Origin: a virus
Reading direction: 5' to 3' (one strand)
Virus record (IMG/VR): IMGVR_UViG_3300046457_000175
Location: 1-64,000 of that record
Length of the DNA stretch: 64,000 bases
This document shows, piece after piece, positions 1 through 9,925 of this stretch; positions within the stretch are counted from its first letter, which is position 1; every line of letters begins with the position of its first letter. Under the pieces are notes generated by a model, which saw only the letters and a program-made list of their open reading frames with translations, had not been told where the DNA came from and did no database searches. A program made the position numbers and the translations under genes.

Positions 1-1
1 T

Positions 2-1453
2 TTGGGAGAACCCTACGTGACTGTTCAATATCTCCACGGCATCGAGACGATCGAGCTCGATAGCCCCTCCGGCCCGGTCGAGACCGTCAAGTCCAACGTG
101 ATCGGCCTCGTCGGCACGGCGCCGGATGCTGACCCGGATATCTTCCCGCTCAACACTCCGGTGCCGGTGTTCGCCGACGCACTGAAGGCGGGTCAGCTGA
201 AGTCGACCGGCACGCTGCTGGACGGCGTCGACGCGATCTACAGCCAGAAGTCGGCTGTCGTGGTCGTGGTCCGCGTCGCCGAAGGCGAGAGCCAGGAAGA
301 GACCTGGTCCAATGCCGTGGGCTCGCCCAGCGGCAAGACCGGCATCTGGTCCCTGCTCAAGTCCCGTCCGATGCTCGGCCTCGTGCCGAAGCTTCTGGTC
401 GCCCCCGGCCTCACCTCCGGCCGCCCGACCAACGGCGTGAAGGGCTTCGTCATCGGTACCCAGGGCGCCGGCTACGTGCTCTCCACCACGAGCGTGACCA
501 TCGCTGCTCCCCCGACCGGTGGTCGTCAGGCAACGGCTGTGCCCCAGGTTGTCGGCGGCAAGCTGACCGGCATCATCCTCACCGACCCGGGTTACGGCTA
601 CGACACCGTTCCGGCGATCACCATCACGGGCGCGGGCACGGGCGCTGCGGCGACCGCAACCCTCGGCCACGTTGCCAACCCCGTTGGCGTCGCCTTCGCC
701 TCGATCGTCGACCGCCTCCGCGCGGTGGCGTTCCTCGACGGCCCCGGCACCTCGTATGAGGACGCGGTCGAGTACCGCCAGGACTACGGCAGCCAGCGTA
801 TCTCGATCGTCGACCCCGGCGTTCTGAGCTGGGATACCGAGAACTCCATCTACACGACCAAGCCCGCCTCCGCTTACGCGGCCGGCATCCAGGCTCGGAT
901 CGATGAGGAGAAGGGCTTCTGGTACTCGTTCTCGAACGAGCTGATCCAGAACATCGGTGGCCCCGGCCGCCCGGTGGACTTCATGCCGAACGATCGCGAC
1001 TGCGAAGCCAACCAGCTGAACAGCCAGCAGATCACGACCATCATCCACGATGACGGTTTCCGGTTCTGGGGTCTGCGTGGCACCGGTACCGATCCGCTCT
1101 GGGCCCAGCTCTCCGTGCGCCGCACGGCGGACATGGTCTACGAGAGCTTGGAGCGCGCTGAGCGTTCGCGCCTCGACAAGCCGTTCAGCCTTCAGCTGCT
1201 GTCGGGCATCGAGGGCGACGTCAACAAGTACCTCCGCTTGCTCCGCGCTCGCGGCGCTCTGATCGGTGGCAAGGCCTGGATCGACCCGACCATCAACACC
1301 CCGGCGACGTTCGCTGCGGGCGAGTTGACCGTGGACTTCGATCTCGAGCCCCCGGCGTGCTTGGAGCACCTCCAGTTCCGCGCCTCGCGAAATCCGAACT
1401 ACTACACGGACTTCATCGAGGAGTTCAACCGCACGATCGCCAACAACGGCTAA
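2..1453 (+). CDS. Contractile tail sheath protein (P2 FI-like); start at or just before window edge
   Basis: N-terminal YLHGIETIE..VIGLVGTA, PKLLVAPG, GFRFWG and C-terminal DFDLEPPACLEHLQF motifs typical of sheaths; directly upstream of tube gene. Confidence 0.93.
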   Translation: MGEPYVTVQYLHGIETIELDSPSGPVETVKSNVIGLVGTAPDADPDIFPLNTPVPVFADALKAGQLKSTGTLLDGVDAIYSQKSAVVVVVRVAEGESQEETWSNAVGSPSGKTGIWSLLKSRPMLGLVPKLLVAPGLTSGRPTNGVKGFVIGTQGAGYVLSTTSVTIAAPPTGGRQATAVPQVVGGKLTGIILTDPGYGYDTVPAITITGAGTGAAATATLGHVANPVGVAFASIVDRLRAVAFLDGPGTSYEDAVEYRQDYGSQRISIVDPGVLSWDTENSIYTTKPASAYAAGIQARIDEEKGFWYSFSNELIQNIGGPGRPVDFMPNDRDCEANQLNSQQITTIIHDDGFRFWGLRGTGTDPLWAQLSVRRTADMVYESLERAERSRLDKPFSLQLLSGIEGDVNKYLRLLRARGALIGGKAWIDPTINTPATFAAGELTVDFDLEPPACLEHLQFRASRNPNYYTDFIEEFNRTIANNG

Positions 1454-1549
1454 GGCCGCGGCGCTCCACGGCATCCACAACAACAAAGCTAGTCATGAGC
1501 CGCCCGGTCCATATGGGTCGGGCGCGCTCTGGCTTGGCCGGAGACCTAC

Positions 1550-2074
1550 ATGGCAAACCTTCGCGACAGCAACATTTTCCAGGACTTCACGGTCTGGATC
1601 GACGACATCGGCAAGATCGGCGAAGCGCCGAACTTCCAGCCGCCCGAAATCAACATCCAGACGGAAGAGTTCCGCGGTGGTGGTATGGACGGCACGGCTG
1701 AGATCCCGATGGGGATCGACAAGATCGAGTTCGACTTCAGCCTTCACACCTGGGACGAGCAGATCTGGCAGAACCTCGGCTACGGCCCGGGCTCGCTCGA
1801 TGTGCCGATCACTTTCCGCGGCTATCTGCTCACCGCGAGCGGCGCCGAGAAGGGCGTCGTCATCGACACCCACTGCCTGATCAAGGCCATCAAGCCGAGC
1901 AAAGTCGAAGCCGGCAAGAAGGCTGACGTCACGGTCAGCCTGGTGGCGAACTATTACAAGCATACCATCGACGGCACCGTCGTCACCGAGATCGACGTGT
2001 TCAACAAGATCACGATCATCGGCGGTACGGACCAGAGCGCAAACGCTCGGCGGATCCTCGGCTTCACCTACTAA
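1550..2074 (+). CDS. Major tail tube protein (P2 FII-like)
   Basis: 174 aa; EEFRGGGMDG, YYKHTIDG..EID motifs; follows sheath. Confidence 0.92.
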   Translation: MANLRDSNIFQDFTVWIDDIGKIGEAPNFQPPEINIQTEEFRGGGMDGTAEIPMGIDKIEFDFSLHTWDEQIWQNLGYGPGSLDVPITFRGYLLTASGAEKGVVIDTHCLIKAIKPSKVEAGKKADVTVSLVANYYKHTIDGTVVTEIDVFNKITIIGGTDQSANARRILGFTY

Positions 2075-2104
2075 GGCGTAGCCGGAGAGATCATTCTACC
2101 CACT

Positions 2105-2138
2105 GGCCTCGCCCTAACCGGCGGGGCCTTTTTCTTTC
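2105..2138 (+). terminator. Rho-independent terminator after tube gene
   Basis: GGCCTCGCC-ctaacc-GGCGGGGCC stem followed by TTTTTCTTTCT. Confidence 0.75.
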
Positions 2139-2155
2139 TGTGCAAGATACAAGGC

Positions 2156-2449
2156 GTGCAAACCAAAATGGCTACCGAGAAAAAGAAGTTCGACCTCAAG
2201 TTCCCCTTCGAATACCGCGGCGCGACCTACGTCGAGTTCAATGCTCGTCGTCCGAAGGTCCGCGACATCCGCAACTTCATCAAGAACGTCGAGAAAGACG
2301 GCATGGGCGCGATGGAGAAGGCGCTGGCCGACCTGTTCGAGGTCGACAACGTCATCATCGCCGAGATCGACTCCGAAGACTTCGGCCCGATGAAGATCTG
2401 GTTCGAAAGTTTTTTGGAGAAAATGACGAACGGATCGGACGAATCCTAA
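2156..2449 (+). CDS. Tail assembly chaperone (P2 gpE / Mu gp41-like)
   Basis: 97 aa between tube and tape measure; LKFPFEY..RRPKVRD..ID.EDF pattern. Confidence 0.85.
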   Translation: MQTKMATEKKKFDLKFPFEYRGATYVEFNARRPKVRDIRNFIKNVEKDGMGAMEKALADLFEVDNVIIAEIDSEDFGPMKIWFESFLEKMTNGSDES

Positions 2450-2607
2450 TCGACAGCTTCCCGATCTTCGAGCGCTTCCACTGGACGCTCGAAGACGTGG
2501 AGCAGTTAGAATGGGACGACTTCGTCCTCATCGCTGAAGGCGTCAAGGCGCTCAACCAGCGAGACGCTGACGAAATAGCGCGGCTACGCGCGGCTCAGGG
2601 CAAATAG
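2156..2607 (+). CDS. Extended chaperone gpE+E' made by programmed -1 frameshift at TTTTTTG (2410-2416)
   Basis: Slippery heptamer T TTT TTG in frame at S-F-L; the -1 frame is open to 2607 (FHWTLEDVEQLEWDDF, E'-like). Confidence 0.8.
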
Positions 2608-2645
2608 CCCTGGGCCTTCTTTTTTTGTGACTCCGGGGAGCGGCA

Positions 2646-5600
2646 ATGTCCGACAACAATCTCGACATCAGGGCCCGCCTTACTGGCGAAGATCGGCTGT
2701 CCCCGACCGTCGTGAAGCTCATGGCCAAGATCAAGAGCCTCGAAGACCAGATGAAGCGGTTTGGTGACAAGGCGCGGGCCTCGATCACCGACATCCCTAT
2801 GGAAGGCTACGTCAAGAAGCTCACCAAGGCCGGGACCGAGCTGAATGGTCTGACGAAAAAGCACATGGAGTGGGCCAAGGCGAACGGCGTCGGCAACAAG
2901 GATGCCGCCCTGTCCTGGGGCAAGCTCACCAACGAAATCATCCGCCTGAAGGGCGAGCACGAGAAATTCACCAACTCTTCGGCGAAGGGCGCCAAGGCGC
3001 GAGCGGCGAACGCCGAGAAGGAGCTGAAGCTCCAGTACAAGAACGCGGTCGCGTTCAAGTATCTCTACAACAAGGTCGGCGACCAGCGCCTCGACATTGC
3101 CCGCCGCGTGACCGAGCAAGAGGGCAACCTCGAAGCGGCCCACCTGCGCAACCAGGAGCGCCGGCACCAGCGCTACCTTGGAAATGTCGCCAAGATGCGC
3201 CGCGATGCGATGCGCAGCTTTGGCATGATGTCCAACATCGGCAGTCGAGCCGGTCCATACGCGGCTGCCACAGCTGCTGCGACCGGATACGCCGGAGTCA
3301 GCGCCTTCAAGGCTCGTATGAAGGTCGACACGGCCGAGACGAACATGCGGATGTTCGCGGAAATGTCTCAGGACCAGGTCAAAGACCTGCGCAAGAACTG
3401 GGGCAACAAGGCCGCCATCAGGTACGGCATGGGTCCGGCTGAGACGCTCGACGCCTACACGGAAACCCGGAAGGCAGGCATCCCGGAGAAGTACGCCCAG
3501 AGCGTCACTGACACGATTATGAAGGCCGGTGCTGGCCTCGATCTGGATCTCAAGGAGACGACCCGCTTCGCCACCAGATTGGCGACCCTGACGCAGGATA
3601 TGACCAACCTCGATCCTGCAAAGCTGAAGTCGATGCTCAACTCGGTTGCCATCGCTGGTATCGCGACCGCTGCCGACCCGAACGAAATCATCGCCGCCAA
3701 CCGGCGCGCATCGGGCGCATTCTCATCTTCCAAGATGAACCCGAATGACCTGTCTGCGTTCACTGGCGCCGGCATCTCGGCCGGTTTGCCTTCGTCCAAA
3801 ACCGGCACCTTCATAGGCTTCCTCGTCAACGAATTGGTCGGCGGCAAGTTTGCCCGCGGCCAGCGAGCCCAAGACCTTGGCAAGGCTTCGAACATGCTCG
3901 GCCTCGGTGGTCGTCAGGCGATGTCTTCCAAGATGGCATCCAACCCGACCGAAACGCTGCTCCAAATCTTCGAAAAGATGGGCGGCATGTCTGAGGAGAA
4001 GAGGTCTCAGGTTGCGACGTTGCTCGGTATGAGGGAGTGGCGCGACGAGTTGCAAACCTTCGTTCAGGTCCGCGACGACGTGCGTCGCACGCTGACGGAG
4101 ATCCAAGACCCGAAGAATGCGAATAGGCTCGACGATATCAGCGACTCGAAGCTGAAGTCGCTGTCTGGCCGTTGGAAGTCGCTCGTTGCAGCTCTCACCA
4201 TCGTGTGGGAGTCGGTCGGCGCCGGCTTCGAGAAGGCGTTCGGTCAGATCACCGACTTCTTCACCGACTATCTCGGCAGGCTTGACACCAAAAAGATCAG
4301 CGACACCGTCGAGGCGTTCACGGACGGCCTGGTGGAAGGTCTCGGCTTCAACAATTGGACAGAGATGCTCAAGGCAGCCTTCGGTGACCCCTCGACAGTT
4401 AAGGGTGCTGCCAAGGAGGTCGGAGGCTTCACGAAGGGTTTCATGACCTCAATGAAGGACATGTGGACCACCTTCAAGATGATCTGGGAGGGTATGATGA
4501 AGGTCGCGGGCGTTGTGCCTGGCGACCCGGAGTCGATCGGCCGTTTCACCGGCAAGATGGTCGAGCTGGCTGTGGCAATGAAGGCGATCGGCACGTTGGC
4601 CGACTCGCTTGCAGGCATCGTGACCTTCGTAAAGGGTCTCGTTTCTGCTGTCATGGTTGCTCCGGAGTTCTTTGCTGCCATCTCTGGCGGCACTCTCGGA
4701 GCCTACCTCGGCAAGAAGGCCCGTGAGTACGTGGATGGCGGCGGCTCCGCTCCGGAGCGCAAGCCCGGCGAGCGCCATATGGGGAGCACTCCTCCCTCCA
4801 TGCAGAAAAGGATCGACGATTATACGCTCAAGCAGCTGTATCACCCGTCGAACTACACCGGGGCGACTGACTTCTCGGGTCGGCGCCGCACGGGCGATCT
4901 GTCTGACAGCCTGAACAAGTTCACCGGCAAGGTCGAGCTTGCTGCTTTCCGCAACGGAAGCGGCGGGCTGCAATACGCGGCGGTCGGCGGCGGCTCAGGA
5001 CGCGGTCTGTCCTCCTCTGGAGGCGGCGGCTTCAGCGGTGGCCTTCTCGGTGGTGTCCCGAGTTTGCTCAAGAGCACGCCGGGTTCGGCTCTCCCCGATT
5101 TCGGGGTGGGTCGAAGCGGCAGCATCATCGGTCGCGACAAGGTCGGCGCTCTCACGGGCGCGAACAAGTCCCCGTCCTTCGGAGCCTCTCCTGGCGGTGT
5201 TGCCGACATGAGCGTTGGGCAAGGACTCGCTGGAAATGCGTTCCTCGCTGCGCGTCGTGCCAAGTTTGCTGAGGAGATCAAGAACGATCCGACCTTGGCG
5301 ATGCACCTTGCTGCCATGCAGGCGACTGAGGGCGCGAGCAAGGGTGGGACGATCGAGAGTCTGATGAACCGTGCAGACATGCAGGGCAAGTCTCTCCGGC
5401 AAATGCTCGGCTACAGCGCTGATGGCGTAAGCAGCACGGACAGCAGGGGCCGGCAGAACAGCTTCTACGGTCCCATTCGTCGTCAAGAACTGCCGGCTGC
5501 GATCCGCAGACTGCAGAACAACCCGAAAGAGTTCGCGAAGTACAACGCGCTCACTCAGAGGGCTCTTGCTGGCGGTCACGTCATCGGTGGCTATACCGAC

Positions 5601-6011
5601 CAAGGCTTGCCCACCGATCCCAACGGATCGGCAAGGACCGGCATCGCGGGCTTCAAGATCAGCCCGAAGGATGGCAACGAGTTCACGGACTGGGTTGGTC
5701 CCGGATCGAAATTCGGTCGCGGACGCAACGGTGCGATGAACTATCGCAAGTTCATCGAGCAGGGCATTGCTGGAAGTAACAGCAGCCCGATCGGCAACGT
5801 TCCGACGCCGAGTCAGTCCATCCAGAACGTTCCATTGCCTTCGTCAGGTGCTGGAGCAGGGGCGGGCGACGTCAGGTCCTCCTCGGGACCGGTGGCGATC
5901 CACATCAATGGAAGCAGCCACGATCCGGAAGCACTGGCAACCCTGGTGCAGCGTCGGATCGACGAGAGCATGAACTGGCGCACTCACGACACCAGCAGCG
6001 AATACACCTAA
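2646..6011 (+). CDS. Tail tape measure protein with C-terminal Gly-rich linker and putative cell-wall hydrolase domain
   Basis: 1121 aa, helical and Ala/Gly-rich, canonical position after chaperone. Confidence 0.9.
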   Translation: MSDNNLDIRARLTGEDRLSPTVVKLMAKIKSLEDQMKRFGDKARASITDIPMEGYVKKLTKAGTELNGLTKKHMEWAKANGVGNKDAALSWGKLTNEIIRLKGEHEKFTNSSAKGAKARAANAEKELKLQYKNAVAFKYLYNKVGDQRLDIARRVTEQEGNLEAAHLRNQERRHQRYLGNVAKMRRDAMRSFGMMSNIGSRAGPYAAATAAATGYAGVSAFKARMKVDTAETNMRMFAEMSQDQVKDLRKNWGNKAAIRYGMGPAETLDAYTETRKAGIPEKYAQSVTDTIMKAGAGLDLDLKETTRFATRLATLTQDMTNLDPAKLKSMLNSVAIAGIATAADPNEIIAANRRASGAFSSSKMNPNDLSAFTGAGISAGLPSSKTGTFIGFLVNELVGGKFARGQRAQDLGKASNMLGLGGRQAMSSKMASNPTETLLQIFEKMGGMSEEKRSQVATLLGMREWRDELQTFVQVRDDVRRTLTEIQDPKNANRLDDISDSKLKSLSGRWKSLVAALTIVWESVGAGFEKAFGQITDFFTDYLGRLDTKKISDTVEAFTDGLVEGLGFNNWTEMLKAAFGDPSTVKGAAKEVGGFTKGFMTSMKDMWTTFKMIWEGMMKVAGVVPGDPESIGRFTGKMVELAVAMKAIGTLADSLAGIVTFVKGLVSAVMVAPEFFAAISGGTLGAYLGKKAREYVDGGGSAPERKPGERHMGSTPPSMQKRIDDYTLKQLYHPSNYTGATDFSGRRRTGDLSDSLNKFTGKVELAAFRNGSGGLQYAAVGGGSGRGLSSSGGGGFSGGLLGGVPSLLKSTPGSALPDFGVGRSGSIIGRDKVGALTGANKSPSFGASPGGVADMSVGQGLAGNAFLAARRAKFAEEIKNDPTLAMHLAAMQATEGASKGGTIESLMNRADMQGKSLRQMLGYSADGVSSTDSRGRQNSFYGPIRRQELPAAIRRLQNNPKEFAKYNALTQRALAGGHVIGGYTDQGLPTDPNGSARTGIAGFKISPKDGNEFTDWVGPGSKFGRGRNGAMNYRKFIEQGIAGSNSSPIGNVPTPSQSIQNVPLPSSGAGAGAGDVRSSSGPVAIHINGSSHDPEALATLVQRRIDESMNWRTHDTSSEYT

Positions 6012-6020
6012 CAAACTCAA

Positions 6021-6050
6021 CCCTGGCCCTACGGGGCCGGGGCTTCTTTC
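6021..6050 (+). terminator. Probable terminator after tape measure
   Basis: CCCTGGCCC-tac-GGGGCCGGGG stem followed by CTTCTTTC. Confidence 0.55.
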
Positions 6051-6070
6051 CCCAACATCAGAGGAAATCA

Positions 6071-6577
6071 ATGGCTGACGTTCTACTCGGGCTTGGCTCG
6101 CAAGACCCCAATGCGACTGACGAGACCGGTCTGATCCTCTTCTACGTGCCAGCGAAGGGCATCGACACCCCAAACTTCGAGTCAATTCAGCGCGACGCGC
6201 AATACACCTGGACCTCGGCCGATCGCCTCTCGCGCGATCCTGCGATGCAGTTCACCGGCCCGGGCGAAGATAACGTGGTCATCGATGGCCGCATGTTCCC
6301 CTACCACTTCGGTGGCCTCTCCACGCTGGAGCGACTGCGTGCGGCCGGCCGCGCCGGCAAGCCGATGCTCCTGGTGCGCTTCTATCCGCTGACCAATCCG
6401 GACGGGTACGGCTCCGAGGTCATCGGCAACTACGCGATCAAGCGGGTCCGCACCGTGGAGTCGAAGATCGGCAGGATCGGTATCGCTCACAAAGTCGAGT
6501 TCACCGTCGAGCTTCAGCGCTATGGCGATGATCTCTCCTCGACAACCGATCTGCTCCAGGAAGTGGTGAACAGCTAA
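6071..6577 (+). CDS. P2 gpU-like tail protein
   Basis: QFTGPGED...G..FP..FGGL..LERLR pattern; position after tape measure. Confidence 0.82.
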   Translation: MADVLLGLGSQDPNATDETGLILFYVPAKGIDTPNFESIQRDAQYTWTSADRLSRDPAMQFTGPGEDNVVIDGRMFPYHFGGLSTLERLRAAGRAGKPMLLVRFYPLTNPDGYGSEVIGNYAIKRVRTVESKIGRIGIAHKVEFTVELQRYGDDLSSTTDLLQEVVNS

Positions 6578-6798
6578 TGTCGACGTACATCACCAAGCTC
6601 TACGATCGGCTCGATAAGATCTGCTACGCCCGATACGGTTCCACCGACAACGACATTGTCGAGTGGGTCATCGAGCAGAATTACGGCATCGAACTGCGTG
6701 GGGTCCTGCTGCCAATTGGCATCACGATCAATCTGCCGGAAGCGCCGCGACAGCTGACGCAGGCTCCGGTCGTCCCACAGCTCTTCCTCTGGAAATAA
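6577..6798 (+). CDS. P2 gpX-like tail protein (LysM-like)
   Basis: 73 aa; DRLDKICYARYG...LPIGITINLP...LW. Confidence 0.85.
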   Translation: MSTYITKLYDRLDKICYARYGSTDNDIVEWVIEQNYGIELRGVLLPIGITINLPEAPRQLTQAPVVPQLFLWK

Positions 6799-6827
6799 TT
6801 CCCCCTGGCTCCGAGAGAGTCAGACAG

Positions 6828-6857
6828 GGCCGTCCTTCGGGGCGGCCTTTTGCTTTT
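6828..6857 (+). terminator. Rho-independent terminator with UUCG loop
   Basis: GGCCGTCC-TTCG-GGGCGGCC-TTTTGCTTTT. Confidence 0.75.
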
Positions 6858-6869
6858 TAGGAGGCATGC

Positions 6870-8045
6870 GTGACCACCGGCTACACCCCGATCTTCCGGG
6901 TCTTCAAGGGCGGAGAGGATATCACTGGTCGACTCAATGACCGGACGCTCCAGATCAAGGTCGACCTCCAGTCCGGCAATGGCAACGACGACCAATGCAC
7001 CATCCTCCTCGACGATCGCGACTGGCGCATCGCTCGGCCGCTGGTTGGTGAGGATCTTCAGATCTGGCTCGGCTACACCGAGGTCGGGCTCGCTTATATG
7101 GGGACGTTCGAGATTGACGACGTCACGTTCCTTGGGCCGCCCAGGAATATCAAGCTGGTCGGCAAATCGACCGGGTCCAGCAACATCCAGAAGGCTCCCG
7201 CGATCCGGGAGTTTGCCAACGCGACGGTTAGCCAGATCCTTGGTCACATGGCTGGGCAGACCGGACTCGGCACGGCGATCTCTGGCGGGCTCGGAGACAT
7301 CCAAATCCCGTTCAAGAACCAGATCACCAGCAACCTGCACATGATCCACGAGCTGGAGCGCCTCACGGGCGCGGTAGCCAAGGTCGTGGATGGCAAGCTG
7401 ATGTTCGTCAAGCGCGACGGTGCCGAGTCGGCAAGCGGAGTGGCCATGCCCACGCTCGTCCTGCACCCGGAACACTTCGGCACCTGGCAGGTCCGCTACA
7501 CCAGCAAGCCTGGTTACGGAGAGGTCAAGGCCGCGTGGTTCGACAAAGACGAGATGGTCCGGAAATGGGTCGGCTCGGCCGTGAGCAGCGGCGATGGTGG
7601 CGTCGGTCTGGCTAAGAAATTCGGCGGCGCATTCAACATTGGCCAGCTCTTCAACTCTGAAGCGGAGGCGAAGGCTGCTGCTGGATCACAGGCAGAGAAT
7701 TTCAAGCGTGCAGAAGTTCAGGCGACCTTTGATCTCGCCAAGGGAGACCCTTGGATCAGGGATCAGCAGACGCTGCTGGTGACCGGAATGCGCGACGGCA
7801 TCGACGGATCGTACGTCATCGACAAAGTCACCCACACCTACATCAAGAGCACCGGCATTAAATCCCAGATGGAATGCAAGGCGCCGGGTGACGGCTCGAA
7901 TTACGAGGAAGCGTCCAAGGAGTTCATGCGGCCAGGTCCGGGCGAGTTGCTCGGCGAATACCTCCGCACCCACCCCAACATCAACCCCGGCGATCTGTCG
8001 CAGAGCGACATCGATGCGATCAGCCAGGGCGGGTTCGCCCGATAA
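6870..8045 (+). CDS. P2 gpD-like baseplate hub / late control protein
   Basis: DITGRL.DR, LGY.E.GL.YMGTFEIDDV, GIDGSYVIDKVTH motifs. Confidence 0.88.
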   Translation: MTTGYTPIFRVFKGGEDITGRLNDRTLQIKVDLQSGNGNDDQCTILLDDRDWRIARPLVGEDLQIWLGYTEVGLAYMGTFEIDDVTFLGPPRNIKLVGKSTGSSNIQKAPAIREFANATVSQILGHMAGQTGLGTAISGGLGDIQIPFKNQITSNLHMIHELERLTGAVAKVVDGKLMFVKRDGAESASGVAMPTLVLHPEHFGTWQVRYTSKPGYGEVKAAWFDKDEMVRKWVGSAVSSGDGGVGLAKKFGGAFNIGQLFNSEAEAKAAAGSQAENFKRAEVQATFDLAKGDPWIRDQQTLLVTGMRDGIDGSYVIDKVTHTYIKSTGIKSQMECKAPGDGSNYEEASKEFMRPGPGELLGEYLRTHPNINPGDLSQSDIDAISQGGFAR

Positions 8046-8060
8046 ACCAACGAGTATCAC

Positions 8061-9233
8061 ATGTTCAGTCAAGAGATCATCGACGCCATCGTGCAGGCGG
8101 CGAAGGCCAAGGGTTGGCCTGCTTCTGCGCTGCTTGCGGTCGTGGAATGCGAGACGTCCGGCAAGCCGTTCGAGCAGGACAATCACACGCCCTCGCTGCT
8201 GTTCGAGCGCCATAAGTTCTATTCGGAACTCACGAAGCATCAGCCCAGCAAGCTGAAGGCCGCCATCATGGCAGGTCTCGCGATCCCGAAGTGGAGTCGC
8301 AACACCCAGTACAAGGACCAGGGCACGTCGGCTGGCCGCCTGAACGTCATCGCCAAAGCGCGAGCGATCGACGAGGAGGTCGCCAACCGCGCGGCATCCT
8401 GGGGCCTCGGTCAGACCATGGGCTTCAACGCCGAGAGTCTGCACTATCCCAACGCGACCGAAATGGTCGACGAGCTGTCGAAAGGCATCGCCGAGCAGGT
8501 CGACGCGCTGGTCCGGGAGATCTCGGTGAACCACCTGGACAAGTTCCTGGTGGCCAAGAACTTCGCCTCGTTTGCTCGCGGCTACAATGGCGCCGGCTAC
8601 AAGCAGAACAACTACGACACCCGCATGAAGACTGCAGATGAGCGCTGGCAGCGGCGCCTGGAGCAGATCGCGGGCGGCGAGTTCTATCCCAAGCCCGGCA
8701 AGACCATCACGCTGGTCTACCAGACCAAACTGAAGGAGCTGGGGTTCAGCATCGGCAAGGTCGATGGCGATTGGGGTGACCTGACCACGGGTGCTTGCTC
8801 CGCCTTCCAGCGGCGTGAGGGCCTGAAGATCACGGGCCATCCGAACGACGAGACCACTGCTGTCCTCGACAAGACCGAGGACAAGCGTGAGGTCTCCCCC
8901 GAGCGATCCTCGGCCACTGTCGATGACCTGCGCTCTGCGGGCTCGCAGACGGTCGCCACGGCCGACAAGGGTTCGCTGATGTCGAAGATCATGGTCGGCG
9001 CGGGCGCACTCGGCGGCGCGTCGCAAAGCGGCCTGCTCGATAAGGCGCAGGGTGTGGTCGACAAGGTCCAGCAGTTCCAGGGGATCATGGACAGCGTCCA
9101 CAACCTAGCAACTGCGCTGGCTCCCTACTGGTGGGTCGGAGTGATCGTGGTCGGCTTCGTCACCTGGAAGCTCTACGGCGACGTCATCAAGCATCGCCTG
9201 CAAGACCACCAAACCGGAGTTCATCTTGGATAA
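8061..9233 (+). CDS. Endolysin: N-acetylmuramidase (DUF3380-like) + peptidoglycan-binding domain + C-terminal hydrophobic helices
   Basis: AVVECET, LLFERHKF, SWGLGQTMGFN, FARGYNG.GY..N.YD motifs; GKVDGDWG..T..A..AFQ PG-binding motif. Confidence 0.9.
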   Translation: MFSQEIIDAIVQAAKAKGWPASALLAVVECETSGKPFEQDNHTPSLLFERHKFYSELTKHQPSKLKAAIMAGLAIPKWSRNTQYKDQGTSAGRLNVIAKARAIDEEVANRAASWGLGQTMGFNAESLHYPNATEMVDELSKGIAEQVDALVREISVNHLDKFLVAKNFASFARGYNGAGYKQNNYDTRMKTADERWQRRLEQIAGGEFYPKPGKTITLVYQTKLKELGFSIGKVDGDWGDLTTGACSAFQRREGLKITGHPNDETTAVLDKTEDKREVSPERSSATVDDLRSAGSQTVATADKGSLMSKIMVGAGALGGASQSGLLDKAQGVVDKVQQFQGIMDSVHNLATALAPYWWVGVIVVGFVTWKLYGDVIKHRLQDHQTGVHLG

Positions 9234-9717
9234 CGTAATGGAGAAAGCCGCAGCCCTCAGGGCAGCGGTCGGGTTCTATTGGGCAAAAGCCCAGGGACTG
9301 TTCATCGGCTGGAAGGGCAAGGCCATCGCGGCCTCGCTCGTTCTGGTCATCGTCGCTGGCTACGCTCACCATCTGGGCGCCGCCGGCAAGGCCGACCTGA
9401 AGGCTCAGGTCAGGCAGCTCAAAGAAGATCTCGCTCAAGCTGACGAGAGGGCGGCCAAACCGGCCCCGCAGCCCGAGATCCCGTACTGGCAGTGCAATGG
9501 TCCGAAAGAGACCCGCCACCCGAAGTGTCCGGACGACAGCGCAGCCGATCAGCGCGCAGTCGAGCTGAAAACCCAGCTCGCTGAGTCCGAAGAGGCGAAA
9601 GCCAATCTCGAAAAAAAGGTCAAGGACTATGAAACGCAGCTGGCTCACCGGCCTGCGAAGGGCGGCTCTCATAAGCTGTCTCCCGCTGACGCTCGCAGCC
9701 TGTCAAACATCCGGTAA
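9226..9717 (+). CDS. Probable inner-membrane spanin (Rz-like)
   Basis: N-terminal TM helix, coiled-coil body, overlapped at 3' end by a lipoprotein gene. Confidence 0.65.
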   Translation: MDNVMEKAAALRAAVGFYWAKAQGLFIGWKGKAIAASLVLVIVAGYAHHLGAAGKADLKAQVRQLKEDLAQADERAAKPAPQPEIPYWQCNGPKETRHPKCPDDSAADQRAVELKTQLAESEEAKANLEKKVKDYETQLAHRPAKGGSHKLSPADARSLSNIR

Positions 9718-9925
9718 CAAAGCTCCCATCGAGAGCCGGATGGACGTCACGCCCTGTCTGAGGGTCGCACAGACGGTCCCCATGCCACCCATCAAGGCCG
9801 GCATGGACTCCCGCGCTGTGCTCGCCCGGTATCGACAGGCGCTCATCAACGCAAACACAAACATCGACGACACGAAGGCCTGCATGGCCATGCTCGATCG
9901 AGCGGAACAGGAAGGCTACTTCTAA
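9629..9925 (+). CDS. Probable outer-membrane lipoprotein spanin (Rz1-like)
   Basis: Signal peptide with lipobox LAA-C; +1 frame overlap with Rz-like gene. Confidence 0.7.
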   Translation: MKRSWLTGLRRAALISCLPLTLAACQTSGNKAPIESRMDVTPCLRVAQTVPMPPIKAGMDSRAVLARYRQALINANTNIDDTKACMAMLDRAEQEGYF

